Translations under genes and position numbers: made by a program
Origin: Hellea sp.
Lineage (GTDB): Bacteria > Pseudomonadota > Alphaproteobacteria > Caulobacterales > Maricaulaceae
Length of the DNA stretch: 64,000 bases
Assembly: GCA_028224375.1 (NCBI GenBank)
Contig: JAOIVW010000014.1
Coordinates: 8,767-72,766, forward strand
Reading direction: 5' to 3'
Shown here: piece after piece, positions 18,310 through 28,427 of the stretch
Numbering within the stretch: position 1 is the first letter of the stretch
Layout: each line of letters starts with the position of its first letter
Notes under the pieces: generated by a model
The model's database searches: none
Told to the model about the DNA's origin: nothing
What the model saw: the letters and a program-made list of their open reading frames with translations, nothing else

Positions 18310-18407
18310 ACCTATCTCGGGGGAGAAACGGGGCCAGAACGGGTTATTCTTGTATTTGCGAGACGCAAATGCGGGGGTAACCCTTCTTACTTTATGAGGA
18401 CACTACG

Positions 18408-20000
18408 ATGCGATTTTTGTTTGAGGTAGCTGTAATATCTGTCCTTTTAACGGCTTGCGGGCAGGCGGCGGTGGACAAGTCACATAAGAGAGCCTCGCAG
18501 ACGTCGTCTCAAACATTTCAGGCCCCAATAAAAATATCAGATGCGGCCCCAACCTCCACCTATGAACAGCCCAATATCGTTATTCTGCTGGCAGATGACC
18601 TTGGCTTTGCGGACCCTGGGTTTCGCGGGAGTGATATTGAGACGCCGCATATTGATAGTTTGGCCGCGCAAGGCCTGATACTGAACCGCTTTTACGCCAT
18701 GCCGATTTGCACCCCGACTCGCAGTGCATTGATGACGGCGCGCGACCCGATGAAACTCGGTTCGGCCTATGCGGGGTTTCAGCCGTGGCAAAATGGCGGC
18801 GTCTCACCGGATGAGCATTTCATGCCCGAGAGTTTCAAAGCGGCAGGTTATCAAACGGCTATGATTGGGAAATGGCATTTAGGGCATACGATAGAGCCGC
18901 TCGTGCCGAACTCGCGCGGCTTTGATCATTTCTTTGGCCATCTTAATACGCAAATTGATTATTTTGATTACACCGTGGCGGGCGGATATGACCTTCAGGA
19001 GAACGGCGTCTCCGTAAAGCGCGAAGATCAATATATGACAGATGTGCATGGGGCTGACGCTGTGCGCTATCTTGAAGAGCTTCGCGATCCTGAAAAGCCT
19101 TTCTTTTTGTATGTCCCGTTTCTAGCCCCGCATTCGCCCATGCAGGCCCCCGAAGAGCTAAAAGATAAATATAAAAAGCGCCTAAACAGACCGTTTCCGA
19201 AACGCACCTATGCGGCCATGGTCGATAGTTTGGATCAAGCGGTGGGCCGTGTTTTGGAGACGCTAGACGCCCAAGGATTGACTGACAATACGCTCGTCTT
19301 TTTCTTCTCTGATAATGGCGGACTTAAGGCTTTCGGCGCGGATAACTCGCCCTATCGCGGCGGGAAGCTTGAAACCTTTGAGGGCGGCATTCGCGTTAAT
19401 GCCATTATGCGTTGGCCGGGCCGTATTACGGCGGGGGCGGCGACGCAGGATGTTGTGTCCGTATTGGACGTCTTTCCAACCTTTGCGGAGGCGGCGGGTA
19501 TCGAGATGGGGGTTGAAAAAAAGCTGGATGGACAAACCCGTTGGTCAGCTCTGATGAATGAGGGTGAAGACCCTCGCAATGGTGACTTATATTTCGCCTC
19601 TAACTCGCCGATTTTTGATAAGTATCATCTCAGTGTTTTGGAAAAGCGGTGGAAGCTTGTGCAAATTATCGACCACAAATCCGCGTCAACGGAGGTCGAG
19701 AATTTCCTCTTTGATATAAATGCAGACCCTGAAGAAAAAAAGAACTTGGCCAAGGATAATTCTAAAACCGTGGAACGCATGGCAAAGAAAATCAGGGAAT
19801 GGCGGGCGCAACACCCTATCAATGGTGTGCGGGTCTCGCTGGCCCCGAACCCGGGTTGGCGCGCACCCTTAGACTATGCAGTGACTGTTATTCCCGCTGA
19901 TGAATTGCAGAAAGATTATTTAAACAGCTACACCTCAGGTATACGCGGTAAGATATTGCAAAACCGCCCCGGGGATAAAGGGCGGCTGGTTTATGAATAA
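18408..20000 (+). CDS. Formylglycine-dependent (S1) sulfatase, lipoprotein
   Basis: Lipobox LLTAC, PNIVILLADDLG, CTPTRSALMT, GKWHLG; paralogue of 3335-4930. Confidence 0.92.
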   Translation: MRFLFEVAVISVLLTACGQAAVDKSHKRASQTSSQTFQAPIKISDAAPTSTYEQPNIVILLADDLGFADPGFRGSDIETPHIDSLAAQGLILNRFYAMPICTPTRSALMTARDPMKLGSAYAGFQPWQNGGVSPDEHFMPESFKAAGYQTAMIGKWHLGHTIEPLVPNSRGFDHFFGHLNTQIDYFDYTVAGGYDLQENGVSVKREDQYMTDVHGADAVRYLEELRDPEKPFFLYVPFLAPHSPMQAPEELKDKYKKRLNRPFPKRTYAAMVDSLDQAVGRVLETLDAQGLTDNTLVFFFSDNGGLKAFGADNSPYRGGKLETFEGGIRVNAIMRWPGRITAGAATQDVVSVLDVFPTFAEAAGIEMGVEKKLDGQTRWSALMNEGEDPRNGDLYFASNSPIFDKYHLSVLEKRWKLVQIIDHKSASTEVENFLFDINADPEEKKNLAKDNSKTVERMAKKIREWRAQHPINGVRVSLAPNPGWRAPLDYAVTVIPADELQKDYLNSYTSGIRGKILQNRPGDKGRLVYE

Positions 20001-21413
20001 GCTTGTCGATATTTACTTTAAAGGCATCAAACTAATTGGCTATATTTTGCCAATTATTGTGATTGCGCTTTTAGTTTTTAATTTTGTGCCAGGCCTTAAG
20101 AAAAAAGCGCAAATCGCAGCTGTCGATAAGATGGGGGATATTGGCATGAAACGTATTGCCTCTGATCCCGACGCAAAGGGCTCGGTCGCCGCAGAGTTTA
20201 TCAATATCCCGATAGAGGCGCGCGAAATATCGGCAGGTATCTGGCAGGCAACAGGTGTGGGAAATGCGCATGTCATCACTACGGCAGATAGAGATGTTTT
20301 ATTTGATACGGGGCTAGCCACACAAGTGCCAAAGCAAATTAAGGCGTTGAAAGCCGCTATTCCTGATTTGGACCTTTCTCATATCATCGTCTCCCATTCT
20401 CATGCCGATCATTCCGGCGGGGTAAAGTTTTGGGAGGAGACGGCGCAGAGATAATCACCCATGCAGAATTTGGTGAAGAGCAGCGCTATCTCACGGAGCT
20501 GCAAGATTATTTTTGGGGCCGAAATAGAACACTATTCCCCTTTATGCCTGAGACACCTCCGGCGATAGGTCTCATCGCTTATGGGGGCGTTAAGCCTACC
20601 ATCACCGTTCAGAATGGTCTGCCTTATAAATTCTCCCAAGGCGGCGTTGATTTTGAAATTTATGCTCTGCCGGGGGCGGAAGGGGCAGATAATATTGTGC
20701 TCTGGCTGCCGCAGAAAAAGATACTCTTTAGCGGTGATTTCTTTGGGCCTTTATTTCCGCAATTTCCAAATATCTTCACCATGCGCGGTGAGAAAATTCG
20801 TAAGCCCGTTGAATATGCGAACTCCCTTGATAAAATCATTGAGCTTGATCCAGACATGATTGTTCCTAGTCATAAGAACCCAATCACAGATAAGGCTGTT
20901 ATACAATCAGGTCTCGTAAAAATGCGGGACGCGACCCGCTATGTGCATGACCAGACTGTGGCAGGTATGAATGCGGGCAAAACGGTCGAGCAATTGATGA
21001 CGGATATTCAGCTTCCCGCCGAGCTGGCTCTGACGCAAGAGCACGGCAAGGTCTCTTGGGCGGTCAAATCCATTTGGGAATATTATGCGACGTGGTTTCA
21101 TTTTGATAAGACAACAGAGCTTTATGGCGTGCCGATAAGCACAGTGTATCAAGACATTGTCGAGGCGGGCGGCGAGCTTCGATTACAGGAAAAAGCTCAG
21201 AGTTATGTTAATGCAGGCGAGCCGTTAAAAGCGTTGCACCTTATCGATATCGTCTTGGGCGCGGAGCCAAATAACGCGCCGGCACTATCCACTCGAAAGA
21301 TGGCGTTAGAGCAATTGCGCGATGAGGCCGAGGCGAGCACGAATAATAGCTATGAGATTTATTGGCTGAATTACCGTATTCGGGATACTCAATCCAAATT
21401 GGACGCCCAGTAA
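19993..21413 (+). pseudogene. Metallo-beta-lactamase-fold alkylsulfatase (SdsA-like), split by a 1-bp frameshift near 20440
   Basis: ORF1 carries SHSHADHSGG; ORF2 continues EIITH...FPNIFTMRGEKIR...PSH...HDQTVAGMNAG...HGKVSWAVKSIWEYYATWF. Confidence 0.8.
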
Positions 21414-22258
21414 TCAAACTTTGCACAAAGCGTTTCGATGGATGTGAACGCGAAATGATTGTGGCCCGTATTTTCCAAGTTGATTAATTCAGAGCTTTTG
21501 GCATTGATGAAGTCTTTGGGAGCCTCTTCGGGGGGGATGCCAATGTCGTGATCTCCAAAGGCAAAAAACATAGGCACGTCAATCGCTTCAACTTCAGTCT
21601 TAAAACTCCCGCGCACCATGCTCATCAGGGCCGAGGTTGAGTTCATCTCGCAGGATATGTCCCTTAGGCGTTGATTGAGTTCAGGCGTTCCGCCGCCAAA
21701 TAGGATTGACGTTCCGCTCGGCCCGCCGCTGACCTGTGTGTAAGGCCCGCCAAATTTTAAAAAGGAGAGCTGTTTTATATCTTGCTCAAACTTGGCCTCT
21801 TTGTTGATATAAGGTTTTTCTTCATCTGACAGACCCCAATCCAATCCACCTGCATTAGACCCGAATAGGCCAAGAGCGGAGAAGGGCGCATGATTGCCTT
21901 GCATAAGCATAATCATCATCCCGCCCATAGAATGACCAACACCTATTATCAGGCCATCACCTGTCCATGCGTTCAGAGCCTTGCTGAGATAGTCCGCAGC
22001 GATACGCGGGGTCAGATAGGAGTGGTCTTCCGGGATTGAATTTGTGGCAACGCTGGGATGATCCATTGTTATTACGGCATAACCTTTTGCGCTCATACGG
22101 CGTGCGAAACTAAAATCTTCTGCGAGGTCAAAATAGTCCTTGGTCAGGCCGCCTCCGGGTAGGCAGAATAGCGTAACATTTTTATTGTTGGCCGTTGGCC
22201 GAAACAAGCTGGCCTGTAACTCCAAGCCTTCAACATGTGTTGTTAGCTTTTCGGCCAT
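21389..22258 (-). CDS. Alpha/beta hydrolase
   Basis: CLPGGG, GHSMGG nucleophile elbow, GDHD, TGHNH. Confidence 0.85.
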   Translation of the reverse strand: MAEKLTTHVEGLELQASLFRPTANNKNVTLFCLPGGGLTKDYFDLAEDFSFARRMSAKGYAVITMDHPSVATNSIPEDHSYLTPRIAADYLSKALNAWTGDGLIIGVGHSMGGMMIMLMQGNHAPFSALGLFGSNAGGLDWGLSDEEKPYINKEAKFEQDIKQLSFLKFGGPYTQVSGGPSGTSILFGGGTPELNQRLRDISCEMNSTSALMSMVRGSFKTEVEAIDVPMFFAFGDHDIGIPPEEAPKDFINAKSSELINLENTGHNHFAFTSIETLCAKFDYWASNLD

Positions 22259-22573
22259 TTAAACTTCCGGCGCTATTTCGATTTTCAGCCCGTCATGAGC
22301 CTCTGTCACTTCAATCTGGCAGGAGAGGCGGGAGCCCTCTTTGATTTCAACAAAGTCTTCTAAGCCTTCGAGCATATAGCCTTCATCTTCTGTGCGCTCA
22401 CCTGCGGCGGTTTTATCGGCGAAATAAATATGGCACGTTCCGCAACTCGCAGCACCGCCGCATGTACCTTCAACAAGCCCTGCGGCTTGTAGAGCTTCCA
22501 TCATCTGAGCGCCATTTTTGGCCTCTACAGTTTGGGTTTCGCCATCCGTCTTTGTGACATGAAGTGTTGCCAT
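22259..22573 (-). CDS. 2Fe-2S ferredoxin (adrenodoxin/putidaredoxin type)
   Basis: CGGAASCGTCH and SRLSCQI; RBS GAGG before ATG 22573. Confidence 0.92.
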   Translation of the reverse strand: MATLHVTKTDGETQTVEAKNGAQMMEALQAAGLVEGTCGGAASCGTCHIYFADKTAAGERTEDEGYMLEGLEDFVEIKEGSRLSCQIEVTEAHDGLKIEIAPEV

Positions 22574-22617
22574 CTTATTCCTCTTTAAGGCTTGACTGTT
22601 ACCGTTCAAAAGCTATT

Positions 22618-22634
22618 TTCGAACAGCGTTCGGA
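22618..22634. promoter_or_regulatory. Palindromic operator (TetR-type), copy 2
   Basis: TTCGAACAGCGTTCGGA in divergent promoter; TTGACT at 22592. Confidence 0.75.
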
Positions 22635-22673
22635 AACTCCCTAGCGCGGCAGCAAAAATAAGGCAAGTGTGCG

Positions 22674-25088
22674 ATGGCAGGTGTGTTGGACGGTATCAAA
22701 GTTCTCGATCTTTCTTGGGGAATAGCCGGTCCAATGACAGGGATGTTGCTGGCCGACCACGGCGCAGATGTAACACGGATTGAACGCCCAGAAGGGGACC
22801 CGTTCGCAGGCATGTTAGGATACAAAGTATGGCATCGCGGTAAGAAAAATGCCGTCCTTGATTTCCGTACAGTCATAGATTTAGGGCTTTTTAAAAAACT
22901 TGTGGCCGATGCGGATGTTCTGATTGAGTCTATGCGTCCTGGAAAGATGAAAGAGTTTGGACTGGATTTCGAGCAGCTTACTAAAATCAACCCGAAGCTG
23001 ATTTATTGTTCAATCACGGGTTACGGCGATGATGATGATCGCCCCGGCTATGACGCGCTTGTAGCGGCGACATCAGGCCTGCAATTTGAACAACGCGGCT
23101 GGGCTGAAGGCGCGCTTAATCATATGGCAGGACGGGAAGACCCTTTTGCAGGAGCGGTTGAGATTGACCCCAATCATGTGCAGGGCGCGAACCGTGAAGG
23201 GCCGCTTCATGTGGCGTCAAAATGGCCAAGCATGGGAGCCTTTTTCTCTGCGCTCACAGGTATCTCAGCTGCGCTTTTCGCGCGCGAGAGAACGGGGCGA
23301 GGCCAGAAAGTGTCTACCTCTCTGCAACAAGGCGCTATGGCTTGCGGCTCTGGTGTTTGGCAACGCGCCGAAGACATAGACGCGCAAGGGTTTAATACGT
23401 GGATTATGGGGAGCTCTTCACCCAAGGGGCATTTCAAATGCGCCGATGGAAAATGGCTTCACAATTGGGTGCCAAACCCTCGCTTTATTTTGGAGGCGTC
23501 CAAAGGCGATACACTAGATGCCTCGCCGGACCTTAGCGTTCAAAATGATCCAGACCGTTTTGGTATCGGTCCTGAAGAACTGCTCGTTATGGCGCATTAT
23601 CAACCTATATTGGCAGATGCGCTTAAGAAATTTAATTGCGATGATTGGGTCAAGGCGGCGGCCGACGGCAATATGACCATGCAGCCATGCCGCTCTATTG
23701 AGGAAAGCCTGACGGACCCGCTACTGATTGCGGATAATTGCGTCACAACAGTTGAAGACCCAGAGCTCGGCCCGATCAATCAAGTCGGCATTACTTACCG
23801 CTTGACCAATAGCCAAGGGGCTATTCAAGGGCCAACCCGCCCGAGCGGCGCTGATACGGAAGAGGTCAAAGCCTATGCGGATGGCTTGCCCGAACCAACT
23901 GTGCAATCCGCGCCGTCGAGCATTACAGGCAAAGGACCACTTGATGGCATTCGCGTGCTGGATTTAGGACTTGCCATTGCAGGTCCTTTCGGGTGTCAAT
24001 TATTGGCCGATATGGGCGCAGAAGTTATCAAGATGAATACGCTCTGGGATAGTTATTGGCATCGCTGCCACATCGCTTACATGGCCAATCGGGGTAAGAA
24101 GAGCTTTGCGGTCATGCTTAAAAATCCCAAAGGGATGGAAGCGCTTAAGAAAGTCATCGCGACCTGTGATGTGGTGCAGCATAATATGCGTTATCCTGCG
24201 ACCGAGCGTTTGGGATTAGATTATGCAAGTCTGAAAGAAGAATTTCCGCATCTGATCTATTGCCACTCACGCGGTTTCGAAGAAGGTCCGCGCAAGAACT
24301 TGCCCGGCAATGACCAAACAGGCGCCTGCCTCGCGGGTGTCCAACATGAAGATGGCGCGCTCTATGCGGGGGGCGACACGCACCCGATGTGGTCACTGAC
24401 CTCTCTTGGGGATACGGGGAATGGTTTCCTAACGGCTGTCGGGATTTGCAATGCGCTGATGGAACGTGAGCGCACAGGCAAGGGACAATTCGTTGATACG
24501 TCAATTGTCAATGCTGCTTTGCTGAACACGAGCTATGCTGTCGCGAAACCTGATGGGTCGGGAGTAGAGCGCGAACGCTTAAACCCAGACCAGACAGGGT
24601 ATGGCGATTATTACCGACTATATGAGTGCGGGGATGGTGTTTGGATTCAGCTGGCCGCAATAACGGCGGAGCATAAGGCTGCCTTGGATAAGTTGGCTGG
24701 CGATGATAAAATTGCATACTTCAAAGCTGGAACAGGGGACGGGTCTATTAAAGCCCTTGCAAAGGCGGGTATTCCTGCCGCGATTTCTGACCCCGAAGCG
24801 TCTCGTAAATTATATGAGAATAAAGATTATAAAGCTAAAAATTGGACTGCAGAATATCATCACCCTTATGTCGGTAAGTTAGAGCAAATTGGCTTGACCT
24901 ATAACCTTTCTGACACGCCGGGCGTTATTGGGTCCACCCCGCTCATTGTTGGGGATTACACAAAAGCTATCTTGGAAGAGGTTGGGTATTCTGAAGACGA
25001 AATTTTAGCGATGGCCCATGAAACGGCCATATTGTGCGACCCACCTCTGCCCGGTCAAAAAGAAATGGAAAACCCGTGGGGCTTGTGA
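22674..25088 (+). CDS. Family III (CaiB/BaiF) CoA transferase, two fused domains
   Basis: LDGIKVLDLSWGIAGP and PLDGIRVLDLGLAIAGP; RGKK motif twice; GYDAL. Confidence 0.9.
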   Translation: MAGVLDGIKVLDLSWGIAGPMTGMLLADHGADVTRIERPEGDPFAGMLGYKVWHRGKKNAVLDFRTVIDLGLFKKLVADADVLIESMRPGKMKEFGLDFEQLTKINPKLIYCSITGYGDDDDRPGYDALVAATSGLQFEQRGWAEGALNHMAGREDPFAGAVEIDPNHVQGANREGPLHVASKWPSMGAFFSALTGISAALFARERTGRGQKVSTSLQQGAMACGSGVWQRAEDIDAQGFNTWIMGSSSPKGHFKCADGKWLHNWVPNPRFILEASKGDTLDASPDLSVQNDPDRFGIGPEELLVMAHYQPILADALKKFNCDDWVKAAADGNMTMQPCRSIEESLTDPLLIADNCVTTVEDPELGPINQVGITYRLTNSQGAIQGPTRPSGADTEEVKAYADGLPEPTVQSAPSSITGKGPLDGIRVLDLGLAIAGPFGCQLLADMGAEVIKMNTLWDSYWHRCHIAYMANRGKKSFAVMLKNPKGMEALKKVIATCDVVQHNMRYPATERLGLDYASLKEEFPHLIYCHSRGFEEGPRKNLPGNDQTGACLAGVQHEDGALYAGGDTHPMWSLTSLGDTGNGFLTAVGICNALMERERTGKGQFVDTSIVNAALLNTSYAVAKPDGSGVERERLNPDQTGYGDYYRLYECGDGVWIQLAAITAEHKAALDKLAGDDKIAYFKAGTGDGSIKALAKAGIPAAISDPEASRKLYENKDYKAKNWTAEYHHPYVGKLEQIGLTYNLSDTPGVIGSTPLIVGDYTKAILEEVGYSEDEILAMAHETAILCDPPLPGQKEMENPWGL

Positions 25089-25121
25089 CGAAGCCGTCAC
25101 CTAACTTTGAAAAAGAAAAAT

Positions 25122-25511
25122 ATGAGACCTGACCCTATCCAACGCCTCGACACAATGTTCTTCTGGGACGCCTGTGAACGCGGTGAGTTTGTTGCGCAAA
25201 AATGCGAGCCCTGTAATAAATTATGGCACCCGCCGCGCCCTATGTGTCCGACTTGTCACTCGCTTGAAAAGTCCACCCAAACTTTGTCTGGCAAGGCAAC
25301 CGTCCTGTCATGGGTGCGCCAAGTCCGGCCCGCAAGTTACGGTTTTAAAGAAAGCCCAATTGTGATTTTAGTCGAATTGGAAGAAGGCTTGCGCATGGTG
25401 TCAAACCTTGTTGGAGACCAGCCCCCGACAATAGGGGATGCCGTGGAAGTTGATTTTGAAAAAACGGTGGGCGGCAAAGCTGTCCCCGTCTTTAAGAAAG
25501 TAGGCGCGTAA
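25122..25511 (+). CDS. DUF35 Zn-ribbon/OB-fold protein (ChsH2 C-terminal-like)
   Basis: FFWDA, CxxC...PPRPMCxxC, VELEEGLRMVSN. Confidence 0.9.
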   Translation: MRPDPIQRLDTMFFWDACERGEFVAQKCEPCNKLWHPPRPMCPTCHSLEKSTQTLSGKATVLSWVRQVRPASYGFKESPIVILVELEEGLRMVSNLVGDQPPTIGDAVEVDFEKTVGGKAVPVFKKVGA

Positions 25512-26668
25512 TGGTGGCCGCATCTCAAAAAGCTTGTATCGTCGGCATAGGGCAAACCGAATTTTCTAAAGCCTCTGGCCGCTCGGAACAACAGCTCGCC
25601 ATGGAAGCAATTTTGGCCGCCTGTCAGGACGCCGGAATTAACCCTGCAGATATTGACGGCATGACGAGCTTTGATCTGGACAATACAGATGAAGTTGATG
25701 TCATGCGCTCTTTGGGCGTTAAAGAGATTAAATACACAACACGATTGCCCCAAGGCGGCGCGGCATCTGTTGCCACGATTGTTCATGCCAAAAATGCTGT
25801 TGAAAGCGGGCTATGCGATGTCTTTGTCATTTGGCGCGCGATGAATGAGCGGAGCCAATATCGCTTTGGACAGCCCCATCATAGCATGTCGCCCGATGCC
25901 CACAGCTCGACCTTTATGGAATGGTGTTTTCCGTTTGGCGCGCAAACACCCGCAGCGTGGGAAGCTTTATCTTGCGGGCCTTATTTGCATAAATATGGCA
26001 TCACCTCTGAAGACCTTGGCAGGATTTCTGTGACCTTCCGCAAAGCCGCCGCCACGAACCCTGCGGCGTGGTTTTATGAAAAACCGATTACGTTGGAAGA
26101 CCATCAAAACTCACGCTGGATTGTTGAACCGACTCTGCGCTTGCTCGATTGCTGTCAGGAAAGCGATGGCGGTGTTGCCCTTATCATCACCCGCGCAGAC
26201 CGCGCTAAAGATTTAAAACAAATACCTGTGCGTATTCTTGCCGCAGAATATTCGATGCTATTTAATCACGAAATCATTTCGGATTTTTATGCAGGAGATC
26301 TTATTCGCACCGAGAATAGCGAAATCGTAGCTGACCGCCTTGAAGCCACGGCGGGTATCGCGCCCAAGGATACAGATGTCGCGATGATTTATGATAATTT
26401 TACCCCGCAAATATTGCGCCAGCTTGAAGGGTTTAAATATTGCGGTATTGGTGAGGCCAAAGATTATGTTGCAGATGGCCATTTAGAACTTGATGGTAAA
26501 ACGCCATTATCGCCTAATGGCGGATTGATGGGCGAAGGCTATATTCACGGCATGAACAATATCACTGAGGGCGTTCGGCAAGTTCGCGGAACTGCTGCTA
26601 ATCAGATAGAAGATGCAAGAACCGCTATGCTCGCCTCTGGCGTGGCCGGCGCGATTATTGGGAGATAA
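25511..26668 (+). CDS. ltp2: Thiolase-fold lipid-transfer protein, Ltp2-type steroid side-chain aldolase
   Basis: IVGIGQTEFSK.SGRSE, LLDCCQESDG, IYDNF and EGYIHG tyrosine motifs; adjacent DUF35 gene. Confidence 0.78.
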   Translation: MVAASQKACIVGIGQTEFSKASGRSEQQLAMEAILAACQDAGINPADIDGMTSFDLDNTDEVDVMRSLGVKEIKYTTRLPQGGAASVATIVHAKNAVESGLCDVFVIWRAMNERSQYRFGQPHHSMSPDAHSSTFMEWCFPFGAQTPAAWEALSCGPYLHKYGITSEDLGRISVTFRKAAATNPAAWFYEKPITLEDHQNSRWIVEPTLRLLDCCQESDGGVALIITRADRAKDLKQIPVRILAAEYSMLFNHEIISDFYAGDLIRTENSEIVADRLEATAGIAPKDTDVAMIYDNFTPQILRQLEGFKYCGIGEAKDYVADGHLELDGKTPLSPNGGLMGEGYIHGMNNITEGVRQVRGTAANQIEDARTAMLASGVAGAIIGR

Positions 26669-26670
26669 TA

Positions 26671-26976
26671 ATGGGACAGATTTATAAACCCGGGACCAAG
26701 CTTTCTAGCACGGTTTGCAAGACACAAATCATGGCCTTGCGTGTGCCTGCAGAGGAACTCGACGTAAGCTGCGGCGGCGCGCCGATGCAGGTGGGCGATC
26801 CCGCTGAGTTGGGCGAGATGAGCGGAGACAATGCGGGGACACTCGTGGGCAAACGCTATACGGATGCAGATGAGACCATGGAGTTTCTTTGCACGCGCGG
26901 CGGTGAAGGAACAATTGCCATTGAAGGTTATGTCATCGACATCAAAGCAGCCAAAAAACTCCCATCTTCTGACTAA
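26671..26976 (+). CDS. Small conserved hypothetical protein coupled to acyl-CoA ligase
   Basis: 101 aa; VCKT, CGGAPM, GKRY..EFLCTRGG, AKKLPSSD; TAATG coupling. Confidence 0.8.
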   Translation: MGQIYKPGTKLSSTVCKTQIMALRVPAEELDVSCGGAPMQVGDPAELGEMSGDNAGTLVGKRYTDADETMEFLCTRGGEGTIAIEGYVIDIKAAKKLPSSD

Positions 26977-28427
26977 TGAATATTCACCTTCTTCTTCAAA
27001 TGGCGAGTGAAGCCATGGGTCACCGCGAGGCGATTCTTTGCGGCGATAAGCGTATGAGCTTTGAAGAGTTAGGTGAAGCTGCAAAATCGGTCGCGGCGAA
27101 GGTTCAGCCTGGCGAAAAAGTGGCTTACCTCGCCGAAGGGCATCCCGCATTTCCGGCGGCGCTTTTCGGCGCGGCTTTGGCAGGCACGCCCTTTGTGTCG
27201 CTTAATTATCGTCTATCGCGCGAGCAGCTCGACGCTCAAATCGCGCGGGTTACGCCGGCCCAATTTATAACTGATACAGATGTGACGGGCGAAGGCATGA
27301 CCGTGTCATTGCCTGAAACGGTCATGCAGGGCGAGCCTCTTTTAGGCGAAGCGCCCGATGAAGACGGCGCTGTCGCGGTTGAGCTTTTTACAAGCGGAAC
27401 AACAGGGGAGCCCAAATCTGCGGTTCTGCGTCACAGCAATTTAATGGCCTATATATTTGGCACCGTAGAATTTATGAGCGCCGAAGAAGACGAAGCCGCG
27501 CTGCTAACCGTTCCGCCTTATCACATAGCAGGTATCGCGGCGGTGCTCAGCTCCACCTATGCAGGGCGGCGCATGGTGATGTTGCCGAGTTTCACAGCTG
27601 AAGGGTGGGTGGCGCTGGCGCAAAAGGAAAATGTCACTAATGCGTTCCTCGTGCCGACCATGTTGCAGCGCATTGTGGACGCGGCCGATGGGTCTCTCGA
27701 CTTACCGTCTTTAAGAAATATTGCTTATGGCGGCGGAAAGATGCCCCGCGCGACGATTGAAGCGGCCATGGCATTATTGCCTCATGTCAACTTTACCAAT
27801 GCTTACGGGCTTACAGAAACAAGCGCGACGATTTGTATGTTGGGACCTGACGCGCATCGCGAAGCGTTTGCCAGTGATGACCCCGCTATTAGGCGCCGTT
27901 TGAGCTCAGCGGGTATTCCTATTCCTTCAATCGAACTTCAAGTCCGTAATGAAGATGGCGATGTCTGCGGCGCTGAGGAAACGGGCCTTGTCTATGTCAG
28001 AGGGGACCAAGTCAGCGGCGAGTATAAGGGGTTAGGATCACAGCTCGATAGCGACGGCTGGTTCCTGACGAAAGACCGCGGCTTTGTTGATGTTGACGGA
28101 TATCTGTTCATTGATGGCCGCGCCGATGACGTGATTGTTCGCGGCGGCGAAAATATTTCTCCTGGCGAGATAGAAGATGTTCTTCGCAGCCATGCTGCGG
28201 TTAAAGATGTGGCCGCTATTGCCGTTGCTGACACAGAATGGGGGGAGGCCGTAGGTGTGGCTATCGTCTGTCCTAGTTCCGTGGATGATGCCGAGCTTTG
28301 TGAGTTAGTCCGTGCAAATCTGCGTTCCTCTCGCGTGCCATCCGTGATAAAACGCATGGATGAGCTCCCCTATAATGAAACAGGCAAACTTCTGCGCCGC
28401 GTCATCAGAGACAGCTTTGCGCAGTAG
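26976..28427 (+). CDS. Acyl-CoA synthetase (AMP-forming)
   Basis: FTSGTTGEPK, AYGLTET, GRADDVIVRGGENI, TGKLLRR. Confidence 0.93.
   Translation: MNIHLLLQMASEAMGHREAILCGDKRMSFEELGEAAKSVAAKVQPGEKVAYLAEGHPAFPAALFGAALAGTPFVSLNYRLSREQLDAQIARVTPAQFITDTDVTGEGMTVSLPETVMQGEPLLGEAPDEDGAVAVELFTSGTTGEPKSAVLRHSNLMAYIFGTVEFMSAEEDEAALLTVPPYHIAGIAAVLSSTYAGRRMVMLPSFTAEGWVALAQKENVTNAFLVPTMLQRIVDAADGSLDLPSLRNIAYGGGKMPRATIEAAMALLPHVNFTNAYGLTETSATICMLGPDAHREAFASDDPAIRRRLSSAGIPIPSIELQVRNEDGDVCGAEETGLVYVRGDQVSGEYKGLGSQLDSDGWFLTKDRGFVDVDGYLFIDGRADDVIVRGGENISPGEIEDVLRSHAAVKDVAAIAVADTEWGEAVGVAIVCPSSVDDAELCELVRANLRSSRVPSVIKRMDELPYNETGKLLRRVIRDSFAQ

Noticed and set aside
18354-18370. Hairpin ATTTGCG-AGA-CGCAAAT after the TonB receptor
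   Set aside because: No U-tract, and the spacing does not match the operator arrays; it may be a stabilising stem, but evidence is too thin.
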